NCBI GenBank assembly: GCA_965202805.1
Contig: OZ241869.1
Span: 2,880,001 to 2,944,000, forward strand
DNA from: Longimicrobiales bacterium
GTDB taxonomy: Bacteria > Gemmatimonadota > Gemmatimonadetes > Longimicrobiales > Gaopeijiaceae
Length of the DNA stretch: 64,000 nt
Direction of reading: 5' to 3'
Position numbers and translations under genes: made by a program. This document shows, one piece after another, positions 1 to 8,971 of the stretch. How positions within the stretch are numbered: position 1 is the first letter of the stretch; each line of letters opens with the position of its first letter. The notes under the pieces are model-generated. The model made no database searches. It had not been told where the DNA came from and saw nothing but the letters and a program-made list of their open reading frames with translations.

Positions 1-648
1 CCGGATGGTGAACCCGGGCAGGTCCAAGGTCCAGAGAATGCCTCCCTGAGGCGAGAGGGTGTACCAATGGCTTGTTTGCGCGGGGTAGTCATTCCACCCG
101 ACGTAGATTGTGCCGTCGGCTCCGATCGCGACGCCGGCCGTGATCGATCCTCCCCTGCTCCCTTCCGGGAAGGACCAGTCTAGCGGAACGGTCCAGGCGA
201 CGCGCGCCTGCTCCCGCACCGTGACCGTCAGCCTGCCCGTAATCCCCTGACTGGTTGCCGTGATGGTCGCCGTGCCATCGCTCAACGCCGTGACGGAACG
301 GGTCGCCCCGCCGTCGCTCAGAAGGCTGTCCCCACTCACGGATGCGATCTCGGGCGCGGAAGACGACCACGCAAAAAGGCCGGGATCGTTACGCGTGTCG
401 TACAGCGTGGTGCCGTCCGCGGCCAGCGCGTCCGCTCCCGTGCGGAACCGGGTGCCGAGGAAGCCGATGGTTCGTTCGGATGGCGTTATCCGGATCGACG
501 CGACGACCGTGTCGGGGGCCGTGGGCGCGACCGTGTCGGAGGCCGATGGGCCGACCGGCGCGGCGCGCTCGCCGCCGCACCCGCCGACAACCAGCGACAG
601 GAACGCGCTCGCGGCGCGCAGTACCCGCGCCCGGCACAGCCGGATCAT
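1..648 (-). CDS. Ig-like (Big_2) + PQQ-like beta-propeller lipoprotein, 3'-truncated by the window edge; paralog of the adjacent gene
   Basis: Not in the ORF track. ATG at 648 overlaps the neighbour's TGA (ATGA). Translation MIRLCRAR...LVVGGCGGERAAP...ASIRITPSERTIGFLG...TATITATSQG. DNA is highly similar to about 1610-2250. Confidence 0.85.
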   Translation of the reverse strand, partial: MIRLCRARVLRAASAFLSLVVGGCGGERAAPVGPSASDTVAPTAPDTVVASIRITPSERTIGFLGTRFRTGADALAADGTTLYDTRNDPGLFAWSSSAPEIASVSGDSLLSDGGATRSVTALSDGTATITATSQGITGRLTVTVREQARVAWTVPLDWSFPEGSRGGSITAGVAIGADGTIYVGWNDYPAQTSHWYTLSPQGGILWTLDLPGFTIR

Positions 649-2264
649 CCGCCCGCCCGCCCGGAATTCGCTCGGTTGCCGCGCTGCGTTGGCCAGGGCG
701 AGCCGGCGTAGCCGCCGTTCGCCGACTCCGTCTCGACGATCCCGTGGATGGTGCCCCCGTCTGTTTCGGAGAAGGAGGTGGCGATGATCGTGCCATCGAC
801 ACCAATGGCGGGCGATGCGAGGACGTGAAGCCTGGCGGGCGACGAATCCCTCGCATCGCCCGGGTTGTAGTCCCACAGGAGCCTGCCGTGGGCGTCGAGC
901 GCCGTAACGGCAACGCCCGAGCCGAGATAGACGTTGCCGTCCGCCCCCAGGATCGGCGTCGTCCTGTACCCGGATGTCCCTGAATGGAAGTGCCAGCGAA
1001 TCGAGCCGTCGGGATTGATGGCGAACAGGCCCCTGCCCAGGACATAGATCGCGCCGTCCGGACCGATCGAAGGCGGCGAGTCGACTGCTGCACGGGAGTC
1101 CTCGAAGCCTGGGGGAGGGCGCATCACCACGACGCTCCATCGCTCGCTCCCGTCGCGATTCACCGCGTAGAGCCGTCCGTCGTGGGAAGGGACGTAGATC
1201 GTGCCGTCCGCGCCGATCGAAGGCGGCGCCCTGATCAGGTTTTCCGTCTTGAACGTCCACCGCGGCGAGCCGTGGCGGTCGATCGCATGCAGGGAATGAT
1301 CGTCCCCGCCGACGTAGATCGTGCCGTCGCTCGCAACGGCCGGCGAGGAAATGAAGAAGTTCCTGACGGGGGTCTCGTAGCTCCACCGGATCTCGCCCTG
1401 GGGATCGACCGCGTAGACGTGGCGCCCGCCGGCCACGTGGATGGTCCCGTCCGGCCCCAGGGCCGGAGACGAATTGATCGCATCGAGGTCGTCGAGTATC
1501 CACTGAATGGACCCGCCGGGATCCACTGCGATGAGACTGCCCCGGGAGCCGCTGTCGGAGCCGAAATACAGCGTCCCGTCGGTCCCGATGGCGGGCATCC
1601 CCCAGCCGGTGAGCCCGGGCACGTCCACGGTCCAGAGAATGCCTCCCTGAGGCGAGAGGGCGTACCAATGGCTTGTTTGCGCGGGGCTGTCATTCCACCC
1701 GACGTAGATCGTGCCGTCGGCTCCGATCGCGACACCGGCCCGTATCGATGCTTGCACCCCACCTTCCGCAAAAGACCATTCGAGCGGAACGGACCAGGCG
1801 AGACGCGCCCGTTCCCGCACCGTGACCGTCAGCCTCCCCGTCACTCCCTGACTGGTCGCCGTGATGGTCGCCGTGCCGTCGCTCATGCCCGTGACGGAAC
1901 GAGTGGACGCGCCGTTCCTCAGGATGCTGTCCCCGCTCACGGACGCGATCTCGGGCGCGGAGGACGACCACGCAAAACGGCCGGGATCAAAAGCGGTGCG
2001 GTACAGCATCGTGCCGTCCGCGGCCAGCGCGTCTGCAGATGGGCGGAACCGGGTGCCGAGGAAGCCGATGGTTCGTTCGGATGGCGTTATCCGGATCGAC
2101 GCCACGACCGTGTCGGGGCCGGATGGAGCGACCGTGTCAGGGGCCGTGGGACCGGCCGGCGCGGCGCGCTCTCCGCCGCACCCGCCGGTCGCGAGCCACA
2201 GGCACGCGCTCGCGGTGGACAGGATCCCCACTCCGCGCGGCAGGATCATCCGCCGCACCGTCAT
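645..2264 (-). CDS. Ig-like (Big_2) + PQQ-like beta-propeller repeat lipoprotein
   Basis: Signal peptide ending ATGGC, Big_2-like WSSSAPEIASV/GTATITATS, and repeated (S/P)PAIGxDGTIYV...LYAxxPDGxxxW blades. Likely start MTVRR (2264) or MILPR (2249), not 2999. Confidence 0.88.
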   Translation of the reverse strand: MTVRRMILPRGVGILSTASACLWLATGGCGGERAAPAGPTAPDTVAPSGPDTVVASIRITPSERTIGFLGTRFRPSADALAADGTMLYRTAFDPGRFAWSSSAPEIASVSGDSILRNGASTRSVTGMSDGTATITATSQGVTGRLTVTVRERARLAWSVPLEWSFAEGGVQASIRAGVAIGADGTIYVGWNDSPAQTSHWYALSPQGGILWTVDVPGLTGWGMPAIGTDGTLYFGSDSGSRGSLIAVDPGGSIQWILDDLDAINSSPALGPDGTIHVAGGRHVYAVDPQGEIRWSYETPVRNFFISSPAVASDGTIYVGGDDHSLHAIDRHGSPRWTFKTENLIRAPPSIGADGTIYVPSHDGRLYAVNRDGSERWSVVVMRPPPGFEDSRAAVDSPPSIGPDGAIYVLGRGLFAINPDGSIRWHFHSGTSGYRTTPILGADGNVYLGSGVAVTALDAHGRLLWDYNPGDARDSSPARLHVLASPAIGVDGTIIATSFSETDGGTIHGIVETESANGGYAGSPWPTQRGNRANSGRAGG

Positions 2265-2287
2265 CGGGTCCCCCAGGTGTGGGACTG

Positions 2288-3055
2288 CTAGTTCCCGGAC
2301 TCCGCGGCCTCGGCCAGCGCCGCCAGCTCGTTGTCCAGGATGTCGCGGAAGAGCTGGGTGGGAAGAGCTCCCTGGACCGGGAATCCGTTGATCAGGAAGC
2401 TCGGCGTTCCGCGCAGGCCGAGCGCGCGGGCGGCCCGTCCCCCGTCGGCGATGCGGTCTCCCGGCCGCTCCTCCACGATGCACGACTCGAACTGTTCGGA
2501 GTTCAGGCCCAGCTCGGCGGCGTAGCCGAGGAAATGAGGCATGGGATCGCCGCTGCCCTTCCACGTCCCCTGGTCCTCGAACAGCCGCACCATCATCCCC
2601 TCGAAGTCGCCCTGCTCTCCCGCGCACTCTCCCGCGAGCGCCGACATGTTGCCGTGGGGAAACATCCCGGTCACGATCGGGATGTATTTCCACAGGACCG
2701 TTCCGGCGTCCATGTACTCCTCCTGGAGCGCGGGAAAGGTCTCTTCGTGGAACTTGCGGCAGAAGCCGCAGCCGAAGTCGCTGAGTTCGGCGATGCGAAG
2801 CGTCGCGTCCGGGCTTCCGAAGTCGAAGCCAAGGCTCGGGAAGTCGATCTCTTCCCCGGGGAGCGTTTCGGGAGGAGTGGTGAAGAGGCTCCGGGTGAGG
2901 GGCTGCGCGGAATCTTCCTCCGCCGGAGGATTTGCGTCGCCTTCTCCACTCGCGCAGCCGGTCGCCAGCGCGAGAACGAGCGGGAGCAGGGCCCGGCATC
3001 GAAACCGTGCGGCGAGCCGATTCCCGGCAGGCGGCGTGGGGTGCTGTAGCTTCAT
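2288..3055 (-). CDS. DsbA/thioredoxin-fold lipoprotein
   Basis: SDFGCGFC (CxxC), cis-Pro motif GTPSFLING, lipobox LATGC. Confidence 0.88.
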   Translation of the reverse strand: MKLQHPTPPAGNRLAARFRCRALLPLVLALATGCASGEGDANPPAEEDSAQPLTRSLFTTPPETLPGEEIDFPSLGFDFGSPDATLRIAELSDFGCGFCRKFHEETFPALQEEYMDAGTVLWKYIPIVTGMFPHGNMSALAGECAGEQGDFEGMMVRLFEDQGTWKGSGDPMPHFLGYAAELGLNSEQFESCIVEERPGDRIADGGRAARALGLRGTPSFLINGFPVQGALPTQLFRDILDNELAALAEAAESGN

Positions 3056-3101
3056 CGTCAGGTACCGATTCGTCCGAAGTGGGTGTGGAAAGGTAACGCC
3101 G

Positions 3102-3500
3102 TCACCGGCGGCGCAGGAGGCTCACGATCAGCACCCCCGCCACCACCCCCAGGAGCAGGGAACCGGCCACCGTTCGCCCGCTCCAGCGGCGGGGCTCGCG
3201 GACTGCCGCCAGCTCCGGGTCGTGCGCGACGAGCGCCGGGGACGGGACCAGGTCCGTCGGCTCGCCGACGACGGAACAGGGGACGCATTCGGCAAGCCCG
3301 CGGTCGCGCGCCGTCCGGTTGCCGAAGCTCAGGAGGGAGCTGCAATCGGGGCAGGTGCGGTCGGCGGGCGCCGGCTCGATCATGCCGTAGAGGGCGCCCT
3401 TGGAGAGATCGAGTCGCTCGGCGATCCGGTTGACGCTCTCGTCGGAGTCCCAGTACATGCGGTTTACCCGCTTCGCCAACTCGGCCTGTCCGACGGTCAT
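3102..3500 (-). CDS. Hypothetical protein: HTH-like N-terminus, zinc ribbon, C-terminal TM anchor
   Basis: SVNRIAERLDLSKGALY (HTH-like), CPDC...CVPC, hydrophobic tail followed by RRR. ATG at 3500 follows GGAGG/AGGA. Confidence 0.7.
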   Translation of the reverse strand: MTVGQAELAKRVNRMYWDSDESVNRIAERLDLSKGALYGMIEPAPADRTCPDCSSLLSFGNRTARDRGLAECVPCSVVGEPTDLVPSPALVAHDPELAAVREPRRWSGRTVAGSLLLGVVAGVLIVSLLRRR

Positions 3501-3571
3501 CGATCCTGGTCCTCCGGCTGCCCTTGACCCGGTTCGCGGCAGGCGGACAGAATAGCTCCGCCCCGATCGAC

Positions 3572-4270
3572 ATGCGAACAAAACGGTTCCCCATGCCCCC
3601 TGCACCGAAGGGAGGCTTCCTCCCGATACCCGTCGCGCACGGCCTGCTGGAGGCTGTGCTGCGCCAGCCGCCGGAGGCTCCGCGCGGAGCCGCGGTCATG
3701 TGCCACCCGCATCCGCTGCATGGGGGCACGATGCATACCAAGGCCGTGTACCGCGCGGCCCAGGCCATGACCGAGGCCGGGCTGGCCGCGCTCCGATTCA
3801 ACTTTCGCGGCGTGGGGCGCAGCACCGGCTCCTACGACGGGGGATTCGGCGAGACCGAGGATGCGCGCGCCGCGCTGCGGCATGTCGAGCGTCTCTTTCC
3901 CGGCCTGCCGCTGGCGGCGGGCGGGTTCTCGTTCGGGTCGCTGGTCGCGCTGAGGGCGGGCGTCGGCCACGCGCGGGTTGCGGCCATGGTCGGCGTCGGG
4001 CTCGCCTTCGACCGCCACGACTACTCGTTCCTCGCGGACGCGCGCTGCCCGGTGCTCATCGTTCAGGGCGAGCGCGACGAGTTCGGCTCGGGAGCCCGGG
4101 CCGCGGAGTTCGCCCGGCGGCTGGGGGATCCGGTGCAGGCGGTCGTCATCCCGGGAGCGGACCACTACTTTCACGGGCACTTCGACGAACTGCGCCGCGG
4201 CATACGGGACTTCCTCACCCGGCCGGCGGTCGTCCGGGCGCTGGAACGGAGGCGGGTCGAGACGGGATGA
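3572..4270 (+). CDS. Alpha/beta hydrolase
   Basis: CHPHPLHGGTM, RFNFRGVG, GFSFG nucleophile elbow, QGERDE, GADHYF. Confidence 0.9.
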   Translation: MRTKRFPMPPAPKGGFLPIPVAHGLLEAVLRQPPEAPRGAAVMCHPHPLHGGTMHTKAVYRAAQAMTEAGLAALRFNFRGVGRSTGSYDGGFGETEDARAALRHVERLFPGLPLAAGGFSFGSLVALRAGVGHARVAAMVGVGLAFDRHDYSFLADARCPVLIVQGERDEFGSGARAAEFARRLGDPVQAVVIPGADHYFHGHFDELRRGIRDFLTRPAVVRALERRRVETG

Positions 4271-4518
4271 GAGATCGCAGCCGCATCGTGGGCAATCTGG
4301 AGGCCATCTACACCAGCGCCTTCAGCAAGGCCGAACGCGAGAACGACCGCGCCGAGATGGATCGGCTGGACTTCGCCTTCCAGCGCGACCAGCTCTACCT
4401 GGAAACGCTGCTCGACATCCGGGACCTCCTCCTCCCCGAAGCCGAGGGCGCCGTGGACAAGGCCACGAGCCTGATCGACAAGGCGAAGGTCATCAGGAGG
4501 GCCGTTAAGCTCAGGTAG
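4267..4518 (+). CDS. Small helical hypothetical protein
   Basis: ATGA overlap with the hydrolase stop; typical codon usage; MRDRSRIVGNLEAIY...DQLYLETLLDIRDLL. Confidence 0.7.
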   Translation: MRDRSRIVGNLEAIYTSAFSKAERENDRAEMDRLDFAFQRDQLYLETLLDIRDLLLPEAEGAVDKATSLIDKAKVIRRAVKLR

Positions 4519-4576
4519 CCGGCCGGTCTCGTCCCGCAGCGGGGCGAACTCGTGCACGGACCTGCGATGGATGCCC

Positions 4577-5128
4577 ATGAAGATCTACACCAGACGAGGG
4601 GACGAGGGAGAAACCGGCCTGCTGGGGGGCGGGCGGGTGGCCAAGGATCATCCCCGCCTGCACGCGTATGGCACGGTGGACGAACTGAGTTCCTGTCTCG
4701 GCCTCGCCCGCAGCCGGACCGGGGTGCCGGCGACCGCCGCCCGGCTGGTCCGGATCCAGCGCGATCTCTTCGCCATCGGCGCCTCCCTCGCCCTGGCGCC
4801 GGCAGCGGGGGGGCGCAAACGGCCGCCGGTGCCGGAGGTGCCGGTCGAGCGGGTCGGCGAGATGGAGGAGTGGATGGACGAAGCGGACGCCGACCTGCCC
4901 CCACTGCGCAACTTCATCGTGCCGGGTGGCGCGCCGGCCGCCGCGACGCTGCACCTCGCCCGCTCCGTTTGCCGCCGGGCCGAGCGGGCCACCGTGTCGC
5001 TCGCCGCGGCGGAAGCGGTCGACGAGGGAATCCTCCCCTACCTCAACCGGCTGTCGGACCTCCTCTTCGTGCTGGCGCGGCTCGAGAACCACGCTGCCGG
5101 AGTCGCGGACGAGACGTGGGAGCAGTGA
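4577..5128 (+). CDS. pduO: PduO-type ATP:cob(I)alamin adenosyltransferase
   Basis: MKIYTRRGDEGETGL, AYGTVDEL, RSVCRRAER, YLNRLSDLLF. Confidence 0.93.
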   Translation: MKIYTRRGDEGETGLLGGGRVAKDHPRLHAYGTVDELSSCLGLARSRTGVPATAARLVRIQRDLFAIGASLALAPAAGGRKRPPVPEVPVERVGEMEEWMDEADADLPPLRNFIVPGGAPAAATLHLARSVCRRAERATVSLAAAEAVDEGILPYLNRLSDLLFVLARLENHAAGVADETWEQ

Positions 5129-5328
5129 GCCGGTCCGAGGGTAGGGTTCACAAGCGCAACGGCCGGGCACCAGCGCGTCCCCGGCGAGAGGCGTGGTCCT
5201 TGCAACCCCCATCGGCTTCCTGCATCATTTAGCGCGATATCGAGCCGGAAACACGCTCGGCGGGTCCGCGGGGGAAGGAGGGCGGCAATGCGCCATGCCC
5301 GGGGACGATCCGAGTCTCAGGAGGGACC

Positions 5329-5562
5329 ATGACATACATCATCACGGAGCCATGCATCGGGACCAAGGACGCCAGTTGCGTCGAGGTGTGTCCGGTGGAC
5401 TGCATCTACGAAACCGAGGATCAATACCTAATCCACCCGGATGAGTGCATTGATTGCGGAGCGTGCGAGCCCGAGTGCCCTGTACAGGCCATCTTCCCGG
5501 ACACGGATGTCCCCGAGGAGTGGACGAACTACATCGAGAAAAACACGGACTACTTCAGCTGA
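5329..5562 (+). CDS. fdxA: Dicluster (FdxA-type) ferredoxin
   Basis: CIGTKDASCVEVCPVDCI and CIDCGACEPECP; SD AGGAGG upstream. Confidence 0.92.
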   Translation: MTYIITEPCIGTKDASCVEVCPVDCIYETEDQYLIHPDECIDCGACEPECPVQAIFPDTDVPEEWTNYIEKNTDYFS

Positions 5563-5584
5563 TCACGGACTACTTCGGCTGATC
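5545..5584 (+). repeat. 20-bp tandem duplication of the ferredoxin 3' end
   Basis: ACGGACTACTTCAGCTGATC (5545-5564) followed directly by ACGGACTACTTCGGCTGATC (5565-5584). Confidence 0.85.
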
Positions 5585-5672
5585 GCGCCGGACGGCCGAT
5601 CGGGGCCGAATGGTCACCCCTCCCGGCGGGCGCACGAGCGAAACCCGCCGCGGAATCGGGGCGTCAGACCGA

Positions 5673-5858
5673 TCAGATGCCCAGTCCCCGCACCTGCTCC
5701 GGGGTGAGCGCCCTCCGGTAGGCGTCCCGAGCCCGCGTGCGGTGGCGGGTCCGGGTGCCGACGAGGATAAGGGTAGCCACGGCAGCGGCACCCAGCAGGC
5801 CAACGGTAAAGGCTCGGATGATCCCCTCCCCATGTTGCAGATCCCGTTTTCCAACCAG
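5673..5858 (-). CDS. Putative small single-pass membrane protein with no ATG start
   Basis: Open frame LVGKRDLQHGEGIIRAFTVGLLGAAAVATLILVGTRTRHRTRARDAYRRALTPEQVRGLGI*; TM helix plus basic tail; start uncertain (CTG 5858 or ATC 5822). Confidence 0.4.
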   Translation of the reverse strand: MVGKRDLQHGEGIIRAFTVGLLGAAAVATLILVGTRTRHRTRARDAYRRALTPEQVRGLGI

Positions 5859-6062
5859 CCTTCGCCGCCTTTACAGCAGGAACCGTGCCCCGCGGAACGA
5901 GAGCCTCAAACCTCGCTCGGAGGCGGCAATTCCGGTACCTGAGGCGCGCTCTCGCGAATCAGGGCCGACGCGCGGGAACGGAAAACCGGGAATGACCGTT
6001 CCGGAGCCACTGAAAACTGATGCCGTCCGGGCTCATGCTCCGCCCCCGGGCGGGAGGCCCGG

Positions 6063-7238
6063 ATGACCCCGCGGAAGAGCGTGCGCAGCCGTGCGCGGGA
6101 AGGCGATGCGCTCGCGCTGGCGCGACTCCTGGTGGCCGTGCCATCCGTCAATCCGCGGATCGAGGCCTCCGGAAGCGGAGAAGCGGAGATCGCCGCCTGC
6201 TCGGCCGAGCTGCTCGAGGGCTGGGGATTCGACGTTTCGCTGACGGAACCGGAGCCGGGCCGCCCCAACGTGGTCGGACGCATGGGCGAGGGGCCTCGGA
6301 GCCTCATGTTCAACGGGCACCTGGACACGGTCGGGGTGGAGGGCATGACCATCGACCCGTTCGGCGCGGAAGTTCGGGACGGACGCCTGTGGGGACGCGG
6401 GTCGTGCGACATGAAGGGTGGGGTGGCGGCCCTGTTGAGCGCGGCGGCCGCGCTGGCGCGGTGGGGTCCGCCGAATGAGCTCATCGTTGCGTTGACCGCC
6501 GACGAGGAGCACGCGAGCACCGGAATGGCCGGGCTCACCGAGGCGGGGGTGCGGGCCGATGCCGCCGTCGTATGCGAGCCGACCGGGCTCGCGGTCATGC
6601 CCGCCCACAAGGGGTTCGTGTGGGTCGAGGCCGGCTTCTCGGGGCGCGCCGCGCATGGGTCTCGGCCCGATCAGGGGGTGGACGCGATTCTGCACGCCGC
6701 CGAGTTCCTCGTCGCCATGGCGGAATACGAGGAAAGCCTGTTCGAGCGGGCGCCGCATCCGCTGCTGGGCTGGGGGTCGATCCACGCGGGAACCATCTCC
6801 GGCGGGGCCGCCCCGTCGGTCTATCCGGAGCACTGCGAGGTCGTGGTGGAACGGCGCACCCTGCCCGAAGAGTCGCCCGAAGCCGTGATGCGGGAGCTCG
6901 CCGCCGTGGTGGCGGGGCTGGGGGAGGAGGCACGGTCCGGCGCCGCCCTGAGGATGACCCTGGAGCGTCCGGGGACGGAAGTCGCGGAGGCGTCGCCTCT
7001 GGTGCAGGGTCTGCTCACGGCGATCGCCGCCGCCGGACGGGACCCGACCATCGAGGGCATGACCGCCTGGGTCGACGCCGCCTTCCTGAACCAATGCGGG
7101 ACTCCGGCCGTATGTTTCGGTCCCGGGTCGATCGCGCAGGCGCACTCCGCCGACGAGTGGATCGCCATCGACGAGATCGAGTCGTGCGCGCGCATCCTGG
7201 AAGGGTTCGGCCGCGAGTTTCTGGCCGGAGGGAGGTAG
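6063..7238 (+). CDS. M20 family ArgE/DapE-like deacylase
   Basis: NGHLDTV, GRGSCDMKGG, ADEE, CEPT, AHSADE. Confidence 0.9.
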   Translation: MTPRKSVRSRAREGDALALARLLVAVPSVNPRIEASGSGEAEIAACSAELLEGWGFDVSLTEPEPGRPNVVGRMGEGPRSLMFNGHLDTVGVEGMTIDPFGAEVRDGRLWGRGSCDMKGGVAALLSAAAALARWGPPNELIVALTADEEHASTGMAGLTEAGVRADAAVVCEPTGLAVMPAHKGFVWVEAGFSGRAAHGSRPDQGVDAILHAAEFLVAMAEYEESLFERAPHPLLGWGSIHAGTISGGAAPSVYPEHCEVVVERRTLPEESPEAVMRELAAVVAGLGEEARSGAALRMTLERPGTEVAEASPLVQGLLTAIAAAGRDPTIEGMTAWVDAAFLNQCGTPAVCFGPGSIAQAHSADEWIAIDEIESCARILEGFGREFLAGGR

Positions 7239-7955
7239 ATGAAGGGCAATCCGGAGGCCGGTGACGAAGCGCTGAGCAAGGTGCGCCAGGCCACCATCGA
7301 CCGGCTGTGCGAGCGGTTTGCCGAGGATCGCCTGTCGATGGACGACTTCGAGCGCCGTCTCGATCTTGCGCACCGGGCGACCAAGACCAGCCAGCTCAGG
7401 TCGCTGGTCGCCGGTTTCCCTCCCATGACCCCGCAGCGGGCCGGCGGCAGCCCCGCCCCGTCGACTCCCCCGGGCCCGGCCTTCCCCGCCGAGACCGTTC
7501 CTCCGGAGCGGGTGCCGGCCCGGCAGTTCATGGCGGGCATTCTGGGAGCGAGCACGCGCGGGGGGGTCTGGGTGGCGCCCCGCGAGATGTACGCCGTCGC
7601 GCTGATGGGCGGGGTGGAACTCGACTTTCGGGAGGCCGGGTTCGGGCCGGGCGTTACAGAGGTGACCGTGTTCGCCATGTGGGGCGGCGTGGACGTCATC
7701 GTCCCCCCGGACCTCCAGGTCGAATGCAACGGCGCGGGCATCCTGGGAGGCTTCGAACGCACACCCGACGAGCTCGCGGTTGCATCCGCAGGTTCCGCCG
7801 GTCCGGAATCTCCCGTCTTGAGGGTGAACGGGGTGGCCGTGATGGGCGGCGTTACCGTAAGCACGCGGCTCCCCGGAGAACGGGAGAAGGACGCGGCCCG
7901 CCGCCGCAAGCTGGCGCGGAAGGCGCGCCGCAAGCAGCTCCGGGAGAGATGGTGA
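7239..7955 (+). CDS. DUF1707 + LiaF-like C-terminal domain protein
   Basis: N-terminal RQATIDRLCERFAEDRLSMDDFERRLD; C-terminal ALMGGVELDFR, AMWGGVDVIVP. Confidence 0.8.
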   Translation: MKGNPEAGDEALSKVRQATIDRLCERFAEDRLSMDDFERRLDLAHRATKTSQLRSLVAGFPPMTPQRAGGSPAPSTPPGPAFPAETVPPERVPARQFMAGILGASTRGGVWVAPREMYAVALMGGVELDFREAGFGPGVTEVTVFAMWGGVDVIVPPDLQVECNGAGILGGFERTPDELAVASAGSAGPESPVLRVNGVAVMGGVTVSTRLPGEREKDAARRRKLARKARRKQLRERW

Positions 7956-8860
7956 AGGAGCTGGCGCTGGTGTCGGTGCAGATGGACCTCGGCGCCGGGC
8001 GGCGCGGCGTGGACATGGGACCGTCCGCGATGCGCATCGCCGGTCTGCGGAATACGCTGGAAGGACTGGACTACCGCGTTCGCGAGATGGGAACCGTGGT
8101 GGCGACCGATCCCGAACGTTCCGAGCAGCAGGATCTCAACGCGCGCTACCTGCCCGAGGTCGAGTCCGTATGCCGCCGCGCCCGGGACATGGTCGAGGAT
8201 GCGCTGGTGCGGGGGTGCATGCCCCTCGTGCTGGGCGGAGACCACAGCATCGCCATGGGATCGGTGGCGGGGGTGAGCCGCTTCTGCGCGCGCAGCCGCG
8301 AGAGGGTCGGGCTCATCTGGGTGGATGCGCACTCGGACATGAACACGCCGGAGACCAGCCCGTCGGGCAACGTGCACGGGATGCCGCTGGCGGTGCTCAC
8401 CGGCCACGGGCCGAAGGTGCTGAGGTCGCTGGCGGACCGGCACCCGGCAGTGCGCCCGGAGAACGTGAGCATGATCGGCGTGCGCGAAATCGACGCCGCC
8501 GAGCGGGAGGTGGTCGTCTCATCCGGCGTGCGCGTGTTCACCATGTCGGAAGTCGACGAGCGCGGCATCGCCCCCTGTGTGGACGAGGCAATCGCCAGAG
8601 CGTGCGCGGGCACCGCCGGGTTCCACCTCTCCTACGACCTGGACAGCCTCGACCCCATGATCGCGCCGGGGGTGGGCACGCCGGTTCCCGGCGGGCTGAC
8701 CTTCCGCGAAGGCCACCTGATCTGCGAGAAGGTGGCCCGCTCGGGACGGCTCCTCAGCCTGGAAGTGGTGGAGCTCAACCCCGTGCTGGACGCCCGCAAC
8801 CGCACCGCGCAGATGGCGGTGGGGCTGATCGCCTCCGCGCTGGGACAGACGATACTCTGA
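7949..8860 (+). CDS. rocF: Arginase
   Basis: GVDMGPSA, LGGDHSIA, DAHSDMNTPETSPSGNVHGMP, SYDLDSLDP, GTPVPGG, ELNP. Confidence 0.93.
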   Translation: MVKELALVSVQMDLGAGRRGVDMGPSAMRIAGLRNTLEGLDYRVREMGTVVATDPERSEQQDLNARYLPEVESVCRRARDMVEDALVRGCMPLVLGGDHSIAMGSVAGVSRFCARSRERVGLIWVDAHSDMNTPETSPSGNVHGMPLAVLTGHGPKVLRSLADRHPAVRPENVSMIGVREIDAAEREVVVSSGVRVFTMSEVDERGIAPCVDEAIARACAGTAGFHLSYDLDSLDPMIAPGVGTPVPGGLTFREGHLICEKVARSGRLLSLEVVELNPVLDARNRTAQMAVGLIASALGQTIL

Positions 8861-8971
8861 GGGCGCGCCGGCCGGCCGTCAGCCGCGCCGGTGGCCGTGC
8901 TGCGCAGGGCGACGCGATCCGGCGCGCATGCGTCGCCGCTCGAATGTCGGGGGGAGTTCGTCCGCGGGCTG

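Noticed and set aside
1..2264. Diversity-generating retroelement TR/VR pair
   Set aside because: Mismatches are not adenine-restricted, both copies are ORFs with signal peptides, and no reverse transcriptase is present.
5580..6060. RNase P, SRP, 6S or tmRNA in the long intergenic gap
   Set aside because: Some stems exist (CCGAGCC/GGCTCGG, GGGTGCCG/CGGCACCC), but hallmark motifs such as GAGGAAAGTCC, the SRP GGAA loop context or tRNA-like ends are absent; a small ORF explains part of it.
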